This document shows positions 1-9,624 of a stretch of DNA of 64,000 bases, piece after piece (position 1 is the first letter of the stretch; each line of letters opens with the position of its first letter). Under the pieces are notes generated by a model that was given only the letters and a program-made list of their open reading frames with translations, made no database searches and had not been told where the DNA came from. This DNA comes from Mycobacteriales bacterium (GTDB taxonomy: Bacteria > Actinomycetota > Actinomycetes > JAFAQI01), in assembly GCA_035550655.1 (NCBI GenBank), contig DASZOU010000037.1, positions 19,159 through 83,158 on the forward strand, given 5' to 3'. The position numbers and the translations under genes are program-made.

Positions 1-277
1 GGCGGGCTTCCTCGACGAGGAGACCCCGCTCGCCGAGGTGTCCCCGCAGCAGCAGGAGGCGCTCGACGCCGAGGTACGGCGCCTGGTCGACACCGCGGTG
101 GCATCCGCCACCGACGTGCTCCGCAAGCATCGCGCCGGGTTCGACACCCTCGTCCAGGAGCTGCTCGACCACGAGACCCTCGATGGCGAGACGCTGGCAA
201 CGGCGTTGGCCCGGATCACCACCCCGTCGCCGAGGTCGAAGGCAGCTCCCCGGAAGCGCGTCGCACGATCGGGTTAG
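1..277 (+). CDS. ftsH: FtsH zinc metalloprotease, C-terminal fragment (5' end outside window)
   Basis: The frame reads ...EALDAEVRRLVDTAVASATDVLRKHRAGFDTLVQELLDHETLDGETL, the conserved FtsH C-terminal helical region. The ORF is open to the window start. Confidence 0.7.
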   Translation, partial: AGFLDEETPLAEVSPQQQEALDAEVRRLVDTAVASATDVLRKHRAGFDTLVQELLDHETLDGETLATALARITTPSPRSKAAPRKRVARSG

Positions 278-365
278 CTGTGAGCAACGTCGCAGTGTGC
301 GTTTTGCAGGCTCAGGCGGGCAGGGGTCTGTAGACCCCCGAACGACCATTCGCGAAGGAGCCTTC

Positions 366-866
366 GTGAGCACTGCAATTTCAGGACTCGCCAGCAGCGT
401 CGCCGATCGCGTCAAAGGCGCTGCGAAGCACGTGGCCGGCACCCTGTTGGGCGACGAGGACCTCAAGCGCGAGGGCGAGTTGCACCAGGACCGGGCGGCG
501 GCCGCAGCGGAGGCAACCGAGCTGGAAGCCGCCGCGCAGCGCGAACAGCAGAAGGCAGCGGTGACGCAGCGGCGCCAGGAAGTGGAGACCGAGCGCCAAC
601 GCCTCGACACCGAGGCACGTGCAGAGGCGCGAGAGCAGAAGATTCGCGCCGAGCAGGCCGCCGAGCAGCGCGCTGCGGAGGCCGAAGGCCAGCGGCGGGC
701 CGCGGCCGCCGAAGAGCAGGCCGAAGCCCAGCGGCGGACTTTGGAGCAGCAGGAGAGGCAAGCGGCGAACGAGCGCGCACGGGCCGAGGCAACCGCAGCG
801 CAGCTCGAAGCGAAGGCCACCGCCGCCGAACGGGACGCCGAGCGCGTCGACCCCGACCAGCACTAG
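366..866 (+). CDS. CsbD-family stress-response protein with long Ala/Glu/Gln-rich coiled-coil tail
   Basis: GTG start preceded by a GAAGGAG RBS. The N-terminus GAAKHVAGTLLGDEDLKREGELHQDRAA matches the CsbD motif. The C-terminal 120 aa are low-complexity AEQR repeats. Confidence 0.6.
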   Translation: MSTAISGLASSVADRVKGAAKHVAGTLLGDEDLKREGELHQDRAAAAAEATELEAAAQREQQKAAVTQRRQEVETERQRLDTEARAEAREQKIRAEQAAEQRAAEAEGQRRAAAAEEQAEAQRRTLEQQERQAANERARAEATAAQLEAKATAAERDAERVDPDQH

Positions 867-892
867 ACACCGACCAGGAGGCATCCCTGTGA

Positions 893-1512
893 TGGGCGCA
901 ATCCGAACGATTCCCCGAGCCACGGTGAACGGCTACCTGCGAACGCTACGGCTCCCGCTGTCGACCGCGGAGCGCATCGCGAGGCAGCGGGACAACGACA
1001 GCTGGGCGCCGGCGCTGGCGTTCGAAACACTTGAAGCCAAGGTGGAGGGCATCGCCGGCTACCTCCTCCGCGACGACGAGCTGCTCGCCACCGCCCGAGA
1101 GCGGGAGGAGAAGGTCGCCAACCTCAAAGCAGCCCGCACCCTCGATGAGGCTGCGGATGTCGAACGCGGCAACGCCCGCGACCAGCAGCGCCGGCGGGAG
1201 GCGCAGATCGCACAGGCGCGCGGCCGCACCACACGAGTCGCGGCCGAGCGCAAGCGCAAGGCGAAGGCCGAGGCGGAGCGCAAGAAGCGAGCGGCCAATC
1301 AGACGGCGTCGCGGAAGGCCGCTGCGGTCCAGGCTCAGGAGACTGCACAGCAGAAGGCCATCGATCGCCGTGAGCGGGCCACCAAGAGCGAGGCACTGCG
1401 CGCGGAGGCGGAGGCTCTGGACCTCACCGACAAGGCGCTACAGGCGCGCGAGAAGGCAGACCTGATCGACAAGACCCTCGAAGGCAACAAAGCGGCCCGC
1501 AGGACCGGCTAG
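893..1512 (+). CDS. hypothetical protein with charged (E/K/R/A/Q) coiled-coil C-terminal half
   Basis: ATG follows a CCAGGAGG RBS in the listed ORF 619..1512. The N-terminal 60 aa are globular-looking and the remainder is highly charged helix-former residues. No family recognised. Confidence 0.5.
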
Positions 1513-3554
1513 GGCCTGCGGAGCTCGACGTTGAGAGCCGACGGCGCGCTCGCCCCGTAGTTGAGGGAGTACACCCCGCCGATGAGATCTGGGAGCTGAC
1601 CGGGCAGCGGCGTCAGGTGCGGCGTGTCCGAGGTGGACAGCGTGAGTCGAAGCCGATCGCCCTTGGCGATGGTCGCGAGCGTGGGGAAGATCTCGATGTC
1701 GTACCTGGTCACCCGGCCGGGGACCACGTGCTTCGCCGCGGCCAGCGTGTACGAGTGGTACGGCAGGAGCAAGACACCGTGCGACGTCCAGCTCCGGCCG
1801 CGGTCCACGGCGCGCAACGACCCGAGCAACGCTCCCTCGGTCAGCGGGTAGGACGACCCGCTGGGCGTGACGTCGTCGACAGTTGCGACCCACTGCGTGT
1901 TCGTGGTGGTGGCGCTCGCGTAAACCGTGGCGGAGATGGGACCGGCGATCGCCTCGGCGGAGCGGAACGGTGCCGAGGTGAAGCTGACCTGACCAGGTCC
2001 GAGCTTTGACGCCGTGTCGTCGTCGGCACACGGAGCCATGAGACCCGCCATGTGACTCGGGATGGAGACCCCGCCCATCGACCACTGGTCGATCGGGCGA
2101 CCGCACGGGCTCCCAGCCGGCAGCCACGCGAGGGTGGTGTGCCCGGACCCAGCTGGCTTGGTGCGCAGCGCCTGCCCCGGCGCAAGGTAGAAGCGGGTCG
2201 GTCGGGTATGGCTGAACGGGTAGGTCGTCGTCTCGTCGAAGCGTCCGGTGCCGAGGTCGTAGTAGTGCAGCGGCGTCGGCGTGTTCGCCATGCCGGTGTG
2301 CTCGCCCTTGAGCCACGTGTCGAACCATTCGAGCTCGAGATAGTCGACGTCTACCGCCGACCCGTTGAGGTGCTCCCACGGGCCGTCGATCAGCTGGTAG
2401 CGACCGGTGACCTGCTGTCCGGGGCGCATCGGCGCGGTGACGCCGCGGCCGGCCCACGCGTTCTGCAGCTCGGCGTAGTTGATCGGTTCGCCGTGCTGGA
2501 AGATGTCGAACTCACCGCCGACGAGGAACGCCGGGATGTGGTTGGCGACGATCCGCCGCAGCACCGACTGTGGGGAGCGCTGCTTCCAGTAGTGCTCGTC
2601 GTACGCCGCGGGTGCGCCGGTCAGGGTGGCGGCGGTAAAGGCCGCGTGGTAGCTCGCCAAGCCGTTGATGTGGTCGGTCTCGATCGTCTCGAGCTGGTCG
2701 ATCAGCTTCTGATCGGTGAGGGTGTCGGTGACCGGTCCTTCCGTGTTCAGCGCACCGGTCAGCCCGAGATAAGCGGTGCTGAACTCCGCGTCGAGCAGGC
2801 CGCCCATGAACGACGTGTCGCGGTACGGGTCGTTCGCCGTCACCATCGGGAAGATCGCCTTGAGCGGCGAGTGCTTCCCGACCGCGCCGGCGAGCAGAGC
2901 CTGGTCGATGCCGAGGTAGGACGGTCCGTACGTGCCGACCCGGCCGTTGGAGTGCTTCAGATGCGCTGCCCAGCGCAGGACCTTGATCGCATCCTTCTGC
3001 TGGATCGGGTCGAACAGGCCCCACGAGCCGCCGGAGTCACCGGTCCCCCGCACGTCCTCGACGATGTCGATGTAGCCCCGTTGCACGAGGTAGTTGTTGG
3101 CCCCGCCCGTCGCGCTGCCGCCGCTCGAGGTCTGCGCGGTGCCGGGACCGCTCGAGCCGCCGCTGCCCTTGCCGTACGGCGTCATCGTCATGATCACCGG
3201 AAACGGTCCCTTGGCGGGTCTGCCGTGAGTCGTCGGGTAGATCTCGTTGACCCGGATCGTCGTGCCGCCGGCGCCCTTGACGGCGATGTCGTTGTGCGAC
3301 GCGGTCCCGTAGGTCGCCCGCTCCGGCTGCCAGTGACTGCCCGGAGAGGTGCTCGCGTTGACCACGCTTGCCGGCAGCTCCGGGCTGAGTCCCACCAGGC
3401 TGGGTGGCGCGTCGAGCACCTTCGGCCCGGACACCTGCGCGGCACGAGCCGCGCCTGGCCCGGCGGCCAGGAGCGCTGCGCAGAGGCCGGCGACGGTGAT
3501 CAGGTATGTGTTGGCACGACGCGCCGACCGGTCCGTCACAGTCGCCATGATCAC
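1509..3554 (-). CDS. CocE/NonD family hydrolase (S15 X-Pro dipeptidyl-peptidase/acyl-esterase fold), secreted
   Basis: 681-aa ORF with an N-terminal signal-like hydrophobic stretch. The central region resembles the S15 catalytic serine region. It is paralogous to the ORF at 47397..49736 (shared YGxxYxxPxGP, SYxGI and C-terminal beta-sandwich blocks). Confidence 0.75.
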   Translation of the reverse strand: MIMATVTDRSARRANTYLITVAGLCAALLAAGPGAARAAQVSGPKVLDAPPSLVGLSPELPASVVNASTSPGSHWQPERATYGTASHNDIAVKGAGGTTIRVNEIYPTTHGRPAKGPFPVIMTMTPYGKGSGGSSGPGTAQTSSGGSATGGANNYLVQRGYIDIVEDVRGTGDSGGSWGLFDPIQQKDAIKVLRWAAHLKHSNGRVGTYGPSYLGIDQALLAGAVGKHSPLKAIFPMVTANDPYRDTSFMGGLLDAEFSTAYLGLTGALNTEGPVTDTLTDQKLIDQLETIETDHINGLASYHAAFTAATLTGAPAAYDEHYWKQRSPQSVLRRIVANHIPAFLVGGEFDIFQHGEPINYAELQNAWAGRGVTAPMRPGQQVTGRYQLIDGPWEHLNGSAVDVDYLELEWFDTWLKGEHTGMANTPTPLHYYDLGTGRFDETTTYPFSHTRPTRFYLAPGQALRTKPAGSGHTTLAWLPAGSPCGRPIDQWSMGGVSIPSHMAGLMAPCADDDTASKLGPGQVSFTSAPFRSAEAIAGPISATVYASATTTNTQWVATVDDVTPSGSSYPLTEGALLGSLRAVDRGRSWTSHGVLLLPYHSYTLAAAKHVVPGRVTRYDIEIFPTLATIAKGDRLRLTLSTSDTPHLTPLPGQLPDLIGGVYSLNYGASAPSALNVELRRP

Positions 3555-3591
3555 GGTTGTTGCCGGCCGCCGGTCGGGCGGGCGGGCTCGA

Positions 3592-4344
3592 TCAGACGTG
3601 CGCCTTGACCAGGCGCCGCTGTCCGGCCGCGTCCAGCACCGTGAACCGGACCGATCCCTTGGTGCCTTGAACGCGCCGGGTCACGACGATCCGCACCTTG
3701 TTGCGGCCGCCCTTGAAGTGCTTCGAACCCGGTTTGCCGAGGTTCCACTTGCAGTGACGAAGCTTCACGTTGCTAAGACCGGTGATCCGGCTGCCGCGCG
3801 CGAACATCATGATCACCACCCGGGTCGGGTGACGTTCTGTCGCCGTCTCGTGGCGGAAGCCCACCGTCGGGGTGTGAGCCGTCGCTGACGGGCTCGGCGT
3901 CGGAGTGGCGGTCGCTGTCGGATGGGTCGCCGTAGGAGTGGGTGTGGGGGTGCTGGTCACGGTCGACGTGGGGCTGGGCGAGACCGTCTGCGAAGGGCTG
4001 GGTGAGGCACTCGGCGACGACGTCGAGCAGAGCCCGGGCAACGGGATCGGGAGGGGGCACGAGTCCGACGATGTCGACGTCGCCGTAGCGGTCGCCGTTG
4101 CCGTCGCCGTCGCCGTCGCGGTCGTAGTGGCGGTGGTGCTCGCCGTCGGCGACGAGGAGTCGCAGACGCCGGGCAGCGGGAGCGGGACAGGGCAGGCCGC
4201 TGCCGGTGCGGCGGCGGGAGCCGAGGCCGGGCCTGCGGGAGCCGCCTGTGCCGCGACGATCCCGACGCCGGTGATCCCTGTGGCCGCGGCCGCGACGGCG
4301 AGGAGGGCCACGCGGTATCGCGCGGTCGGTGTCAGTTCGCGCAT
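3592..4344 (-). CDS. secreted Thr/Ala/Pro/Ser-rich protein with small basic C-terminal domain
   Basis: 250-aa ORF with a signal peptide (MRELTPTARYRVALLAVAAAATG) and a long TATATATAT / SPSPT low-complexity linker encoded by a GCCGTC-type hexamer repeat. C-terminal 90 aa are basic and globular-looking. No family recognised. Confidence 0.55.
   Translation of the reverse strand: MRELTPTARYRVALLAVAAAATGITGVGIVAAQAAPAGPASAPAAAPAAACPVPLPLPGVCDSSSPTASTTATTTATATATATATATATSTSSDSCPLPIPLPGLCSTSSPSASPSPSQTVSPSPTSTVTSTPTPTPTATHPTATATPTPSPSATAHTPTVGFRHETATERHPTRVVIMMFARGSRITGLSNVKLRHCKWNLGKPGSKHFKGGRNKVRIVVTRRVQGTKGSVRFTVLDAAGQRRLVKAHV
4075..4140. repeat. imperfect GCCGTC/GTCGCC hexanucleotide tandem repeat inside the coding sequence
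   Basis: About 9 to 10 units encode the (TA)n/(AT)n tract of the Thr/Ala-rich secreted protein at 3592..4344. The repeat is frame-preserving. Confidence 0.6.
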
Positions 4345-4412
4345 GTCGGCCTCAGCTGCTCGAGGGACTGGTCCCTAGACATTCGACGCGGCCGCGGCCC
4401 CTCCTGCCGCCG

Positions 4413-7214
4413 TTAGTGCTTGAACGTGTAGTCCCACACGCCGCGGCCGTAGGCCCCGAGCACGAGGTGCTTTCCGTCGAGCGAGAGCGCCATGCTCCGG
4501 AAGGTCACCTCGGGAAGCCCGGTGCCGAACCGCCTCCAGTGCTTGCTTCCCGCCTTGGCGGTGAACACGCCCACGTCCGTCGCGGCGTACAGCTGACCCG
4601 ACCGCAGGATCAGCCGGTGCACATCGGCCCGCGGCAGGTTGCCGGACAGGTCGTGGAAGGTGTTGCCGCCGTCATGGCTTACCAGCACCTTCGCCGAGCC
4701 GACCGCCTTGTCGCTGGTGCCCATGACGATCATCTGGCGCATCCCGACGTAGATCGTCCTCGGGTCCTTCGGGTCGACCGCGATCTCACCGACCTGCTGA
4801 TGCGGCAGGCCCTTCGAGGCGGCCATATGCCAGCACTTCGGGCTGGCGACAGCGTTCGCGCACCCCGGCTTCACGTTGGTGGCGATCTTCGTGATCACCT
4901 TCTTGGGCGTCGCGGCGGTGCCGGTGGCCAGCGAGGGCCGGCACACCGAGCAGAACGCGACGTACGACGTCTTGCCCTGCGTGTACACGGCGGTCGAGTC
5001 CCACGTGCCGTTCGGTGCCTTGCCCGGCGTGAAGACGGTCTTCCAGGTGGAGCTGAGCAGCTCCTCCTCCGTCGGGTCGTAGGTGTTGCTCGCCATGCCG
5101 AACGTCGTCTCGTCGACGTTGCCCGCCGCCGCGATCAGGTGGTTCGGGTTGGTCCGGTCCACCCACCACGGCGAGAGGAAGGTCGCCCCCGTCGCGTTGT
5201 CCTCCGGAGTCACGTTGATCGTGTGTTTGAAGTCGTCGGTGGTGCCGAGAATCGTCTGGCCGTCGATGCCGCAGTAGTACGAGTGCGCGTTCGCGCCCGG
5301 GAAGACGTAGACGCCGTCACCGCCGCACACCTGGTACGCCGTGCCGTTCGGCATCACGTGCGCGACGCCGTTGTCCTGGAGGGCCAGCAGGTAGGACCCG
5401 TCCTGCAGCCGCGTCACGTCCCACGGCAGGACGGTTGCCGGCGCGTTCAGCGATTGCCACGACGAGTTGTCGAAGCCCTGGTAGGCGACACCCGTCGTGT
5501 CGCTGACACTGTGGCTGTTCTGCGCCCACCAGCCGCCGTCGTTGCCGCTGTAGAAGCGCTCGCCATGCGCCGTGACGGCGATCGCAGCGCTGTGCTGGTC
5601 GGGGTGAGTTGTTCCCTTGCCGTACTCGGGGACGACCGACGGGCACGCGATGCCATTGCTGTTGGGGATCGTGTTGAAGTAGGTGAGGAAGCCGCACACG
5701 TTCGCGTACTTCTCGACCGCCGTGAAGGTGGTCGCGAGCGGCACGTTGGTGTTGGTCGGGCCGTGGTACTCGCCGGTGAAGGCCTCCTCCAGCCCGATGT
5801 AGACCCGGTTCGGGTCCTTGCCGTCCGCGAGGACCCAGTTGTTGTACGACGCCTGCACGCCTTCGGCATAGCTGAGCGGGTACCCCACGAGCCCGGTCGC
5901 GGCGCCGAGCGCCGTCGTCAGGGTCTGGGAGTTCGCCTGCAGCTGCCAAGTCTTGCCGTCGTCATTGGAGCGGTAGAGCCCGTTGAGCTCGGTGTTGCCG
6001 TCGACCACGACAGGAAGCACCGGGTTGTCGATCGTCAGGTGATCACCAGCCGCCCGGCCGGCGTCCTGCACGAGCGCCCAGAGGACGTTCTTCCCCGCGC
6101 CCTGGACCGGGCTGTAGGCCAGGCTGATCCGGCCGAGCGGGTCGCTGGAGGCCAACGGCTGGGTGAGCTGGCTGTTGCTCGCCATGTAGCTGAAGGTGCG
6201 GCCGTAGTTCTCCGACCGGTACAGCCCGTTGCGGGGTGCCAGCACCTTGCCGCCGTACGTCTTCTTGCCGAAGGCATAGCCGACGTCCGCGGTGATCTCC
6301 CGCGGGTTGGACGGGTTGATCGCGATCGACGCGAGCCAGTTGCCCAGCCCGTACTTGGCGTGGTCGGGCAGCGCTACCCGGTGGAAGCTGCGACCGTGGT
6401 CGGTCGAGCGCCACAGGCCGTACGTCGTCCCGACGAGGACGTCGCCGTTGCTGGGGTCGACGGCCACTGCGTTGGTGCCGTAACCGTGGACGTTGGCCTT
6501 GGGTCGCGTCCAGGTCTTGCCGCCGTTGCGCGAGACGTAGACGCCGGTCCCCGCCGCGTCATCGGAGAGCGTGAAGATCGAGACGCCGGTACCGAGGTAG
6601 AGCAGCTTCGGGTTGTGCGGATCGACAGCGATCGCGCCGACTGCCTCCCGAGCGATCTTGCCCTCGGTGATGTTGTGCACCGTCTCGCCGCCGTTGGTCG
6701 TCTTGTAGAGCCCGCCGATCGTGCCGAGGTACACGGTGTTGCCGGAACGGTCGTTGGGGTCTACGACCATCGCGGTGCCGATCCCGCCGACCTTGCCGAG
6801 CAGCTCCGCGCCGCTACCGGTGCCGAGGATGTCCTTGACCCCGTGGAACGGCCCCTTGTTCTGCCAGGCGCCTCCCGTCGAGCCGAGGCTCGCGGCCTGG
6901 TGGGTGAGGTGCAGGAAACGCTCGTCGGTGTTGCCCTGGTACAGCACGTTCCCGATCGGGCTCATCGCCTCGCCGGCATCAGGGTCGCCGCCGCCATCCG
7001 CGTCGGCGTCGCCGCCCGCATCGGCGTCGCCGCCCGCGTCCTGGTCGCCGAGGGTCTGCTTCGGATACAGCCGATGCGCCCAGAACTGCGAGCTCGGGAT
7101 CCCGATTGCAGGAGCGTGCGCTTCGTGGTCACCGACCGACCTTGCGATCAGGGTGCCGCTGCCGGCCAGGATTACGGCCACCGACGCGGCGGCCAGGAGG
7201 CGCAGACGACTCAT
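4413..7214 (-). CDS. secreted BNR/Asp-box repeat beta-propeller protein (sialidase / GH74-like glycoside hydrolase family)
   Basis: 933-aa ORF with a signal peptide. It carries multiple Asp-box motifs S-x-D-x-G-x-T-(W/F): SRNGGKTW, STDHGRSF, SENYGRTF, SNDDGKTW, SHDGGNTF. An acidic DAGGDA repeat follows the signal peptide. Confidence 0.7.
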   Translation of the reverse strand: MSRLRLLAAASVAVILAGSGTLIARSVGDHEAHAPAIGIPSSQFWAHRLYPKQTLGDQDAGGDADAGGDADADGGGDPDAGEAMSPIGNVLYQGNTDERFLHLTHQAASLGSTGGAWQNKGPFHGVKDILGTGSGAELLGKVGGIGTAMVVDPNDRSGNTVYLGTIGGLYKTTNGGETVHNITEGKIAREAVGAIAVDPHNPKLLYLGTGVSIFTLSDDAAGTGVYVSRNGGKTWTRPKANVHGYGTNAVAVDPSNGDVLVGTTYGLWRSTDHGRSFHRVALPDHAKYGLGNWLASIAINPSNPREITADVGYAFGKKTYGGKVLAPRNGLYRSENYGRTFSYMASNSQLTQPLASSDPLGRISLAYSPVQGAGKNVLWALVQDAGRAAGDHLTIDNPVLPVVVDGNTELNGLYRSNDDGKTWQLQANSQTLTTALGAATGLVGYPLSYAEGVQASYNNWVLADGKDPNRVYIGLEEAFTGEYHGPTNTNVPLATTFTAVEKYANVCGFLTYFNTIPNSNGIACPSVVPEYGKGTTHPDQHSAAIAVTAHGERFYSGNDGGWWAQNSHSVSDTTGVAYQGFDNSSWQSLNAPATVLPWDVTRLQDGSYLLALQDNGVAHVMPNGTAYQVCGGDGVYVFPGANAHSYYCGIDGQTILGTTDDFKHTINVTPEDNATGATFLSPWWVDRTNPNHLIAAAGNVDETTFGMASNTYDPTEEELLSSTWKTVFTPGKAPNGTWDSTAVYTQGKTSYVAFCSVCRPSLATGTAATPKKVITKIATNVKPGCANAVASPKCWHMAASKGLPHQQVGEIAVDPKDPRTIYVGMRQMIVMGTSDKAVGSAKVLVSHDGGNTFHDLSGNLPRADVHRLILRSGQLYAATDVGVFTAKAGSKHWRRFGTGLPEVTFRSMALSLDGKHLVLGAYGRGVWDYTFKH

Positions 7215-7256
7215 CAGACAACTCCTCGCAAGTTCCTCGGCGATGACTCGCCCAGG

Positions 7257-8267
7257 CTATTCGCGTTTTCCTGCTCTCGGTCCCTCCCCCTCCCCACGCC
7301 GCCAGCCGTAGCGCGCCGCACGATCCGCGAGCGGGCCGGGATCGACCTCCCACCACGGCCGGCCCTCGGCCGGCTCCTCCTCGGCAGGGGTCAGCGCACG
7401 GCGGCGCGCGTCGGCGACGTCGAGAACGGCATCGACCTCGCGCGCATGCCGGGCGTCCTCACGGATCCAGGCCACGAACAAGATCGCGACGACCGGAACA
7501 GCGACGACCTCCGCCACCGTCAGCATGAGCCCGCCGCCGATGACCTGGTCCCAGCTCCGCGACGGGCCCCAGCTCCGCGCCACCGAGCCGTAGTAGCCGC
7601 CGGCCACGAGAGAGCTGCTCGTCATCACGGCGATTCCGGGGATCGCGTCTAGCAGGCCGTCGATGCCGGCAAACGCCATCCGCACCGGTTGGGTGCACCA
7701 GATCGGCAGGATCTCCACACCCAGCAGCGGCAACGCGAACAGGCAGCCGGTCACCACCAGCTGCAGCTCCAGGAGCCGCATCACCGCATCGTGTCGCTCA
7801 GCGGTCCCGATGTAGCCGGTGAAGAAGACGAGGAACTGCGTGGCGACCGCCAGCACGGGGGCCACGGCGGGGAACGTCAGCAGCCGCACTGGCCAGGTCC
7901 GCAGCGCGCCCTGCCACCGAGCGGCACCGGCCGGTGACAGCACTGTGCTGACCAGTCCGACCGGGTCGCCGAGCCCGAGCCCGACCGGGACGATCGTGAG
8001 CAGGACGGTGACGCGCAGCGCCATCGGCCACAACAGCACCCGCGAGTACACCGCGAGCGAGGACATCGTGGCGATCACCACGACGCCGAGACCCAGCAGC
8101 GCGAAAGCGACGACCCGGGCGTTGGACCACTCGCCGCCGTGACGGCGCACCCGCCGAACCCCGGCAAGGTACGCCGCCAGCATGACCGCACACGTCGCGG
8201 CGACCCAAGGGTCGAAGCTCCACGTGCCGAAGAAGCGACCCACCGTGAGCGGCGCGAGCGCGGTCAT
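7257..8267 (-). CDS. cytochrome c oxidase assembly factor CtaG-like polytopic membrane protein
   Basis: Start trimmed to ATG (MTALAPLTVGRFFG...) inside the listed ORF 7257..8444. It has seven predicted TM helices, and its overall pattern resembles the Caa3-CtaG family. The upstream extension is Arg/Pro-rich non-coding-like. Confidence 0.55.
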   Translation of the reverse strand: MTALAPLTVGRFFGTWSFDPWVAATCAVMLAAYLAGVRRVRRHGGEWSNARVVAFALLGLGVVVIATMSSLAVYSRVLLWPMALRVTVLLTIVPVGLGLGDPVGLVSTVLSPAGAARWQGALRTWPVRLLTFPAVAPVLAVATQFLVFFTGYIGTAERHDAVMRLLELQLVVTGCLFALPLLGVEILPIWCTQPVRMAFAGIDGLLDAIPGIAVMTSSSLVAGGYYGSVARSWGPSRSWDQVIGGGLMLTVAEVVAVPVVAILFVAWIREDARHAREVDAVLDVADARRRALTPAEEEPAEGRPWWEVDPGPLADRAARYGWRRGEGEGPRAGKRE

Positions 8268-8305
8268 GGGTAGTACTGTCCCGCGAAGGATCGAAGGGGG
8301 AAGCC

Positions 8306-8902
8306 ATGACTCAGTCCCAACCGCCCGCGGGTTGGTATCCGGACCCGCAGGACGCGACCCAGCAGCGGTACTGGGACGGCGCCGCCTGGACCGGTCACAC
8401 CGCAGCGGCGGGAACGAGCGCCGCGGCGCCCGAGGGCGCAGCAACGTCGGGTGCGCCGATCCCAGCCGCCGGCGCGCCCGCGTGGACGATGCAGCCGACC
8501 GGCGACGTGACCGGCGGCAAGAAGTCCTGGTTCAAGCGCCCGCTGATCATCATCCCGGTCGCGATCGTCCTTGCGCTGATCGTCGTGGGAGTCGTGGTCG
8601 CCCTCGTCAACGGCACCGACCACTCCAAGGAGCTTGCCGACCGGATCAAGTCCGACGGCCAGTCGCAGCTGCAGTCCGCCTTCAGCCAGCAGCTGCCCGG
8701 CTCGACCGTGAAGGTCACCGACGTCAAGTGCGTCGAGAAGAGCAACACGCAGGAGTACACCTGCCTGATCCACATGAACGTGACGTACCAGGGTCAGACC
8801 AAGTCCTTCATCCAGAACGCAGATGGCTCGTGCGACAAGAAGGTCAACGCCCACTGCCTCTGGCACACCACCGACAACCCGCAGCTGACCGCGTCCCAGT
8901 AG
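8306..8902 (+). CDS. DUF2510 domain membrane protein
   Basis: The N-terminal GWYPDPQDATQQRYWDGAAWTGH matches the DUF2510 signature, followed by one TM helix and an extracytoplasmic domain. It is divergent from the ctaG-like gene. Confidence 0.65.
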   Translation: MTQSQPPAGWYPDPQDATQQRYWDGAAWTGHTAAAGTSAAAPEGAATSGAPIPAAGAPAWTMQPTGDVTGGKKSWFKRPLIIIPVAIVLALIVVGVVVALVNGTDHSKELADRIKSDGQSQLQSAFSQQLPGSTVKVTDVKCVEKSNTQEYTCLIHMNVTYQGQTKSFIQNADGSCDKKVNAHCLWHTTDNPQLTASQ

Positions 8903-8914
8903 CACCCGGTCGGC

Positions 8915-9604
8915 TCAACGACCGTTGACGGAGAAGTGCTGGTAGTCCGGGGACGAGCTCCATCGGCCGCCCCAGCCCCAGCCGACCGCGTCGAACGCCC
9001 GCACGACCGGACCGTTGGCGAAGACCATGCCCCGGCGATGCTTGGAGCGGTCGGCGTACCTCGCCCCTGACGGGGGGTAGACCCGGCCGTTGAGGGTGTA
9101 GGGGTTCTCGCGCGGATCGATGTCGACCGCCTCGCCGTAGGCGTGTTCCGACCAGGTCTTCGGCCCGTTCGCGACGGCGTAGCGGCAGTTGAAGGCAGAG
9201 GTGTTGTCGTGCGCCATCGACTTGTTGTCGTTGCCGCCGTACGCCGAGATCGGCTCGACCCGGCGGAGCGGGAAGTGCGCGTGCCGAATCCTCCGGAACG
9301 CGACCCGCACCGGATGCACTGCCGCGGCGTTGATGATCAGGACGCCGGTGTGCCGCTGCCGGTCGAAGCCCCAGAACCGCACCCGCAGCGCACGCAGATC
9401 GCGGGGCGGCACCGGGCAGCCGGGGCGCCAGCTCTTCCCGAGCTGCTTCGCCGTGACCCGTGCAACCCCGTGGGAGTCGAACTGGAAGCCGCTCGCCGCG
9501 GCGACGGGTGCGTGCCACGCGGGTGCCGCGGACGCAAGCGGGGCCGAGCACGAGCTCATGGCAGCGAGCACGATCGCCACTACCGCGGTTAGCGCGCTCG
9601 CCAT
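8915..9604 (-). CDS. M15 family metallopeptidase (VanY / D-Ala-D-Ala carboxypeptidase-like), secreted
   Basis: Signal peptide. SEHAYGEAVDID matches the Zn-binding SxHxxGxAxD motif of M15 peptidases. Confidence 0.65.
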   Translation of the reverse strand: MASALTAVVAIVLAAMSSCSAPLASAAPAWHAPVAAASGFQFDSHGVARVTAKQLGKSWRPGCPVPPRDLRALRVRFWGFDRQRHTGVLIINAAAVHPVRVAFRRIRHAHFPLRRVEPISAYGGNDNKSMAHDNTSAFNCRYAVANGPKTWSEHAYGEAVDIDPRENPYTLNGRVYPPSGARYADRSKHRRGMVFANGPVVRAFDAVGWGWGGRWSSSPDYQHFSVNGR

Positions 9605-9624
9605 GAGGCCAGACTAGAAGGGCG

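Noticed and set aside
2052-3608. 518-aa plus-strand ORF
   Set aside because: It is the antisense shadow of the CocE/NonD hydrolase gene. The translation is Arg/Val/Gly-rich with no domain signal.
4329-7652. 1107-aa plus-strand ORF
   Set aside because: It is the antisense shadow of the BNR beta-propeller gene (4413..7214, minus strand). Its composition is Arg/Gly/Val-rich, typical of non-coding frames in 70% GC DNA, and it has no recognisable motifs.
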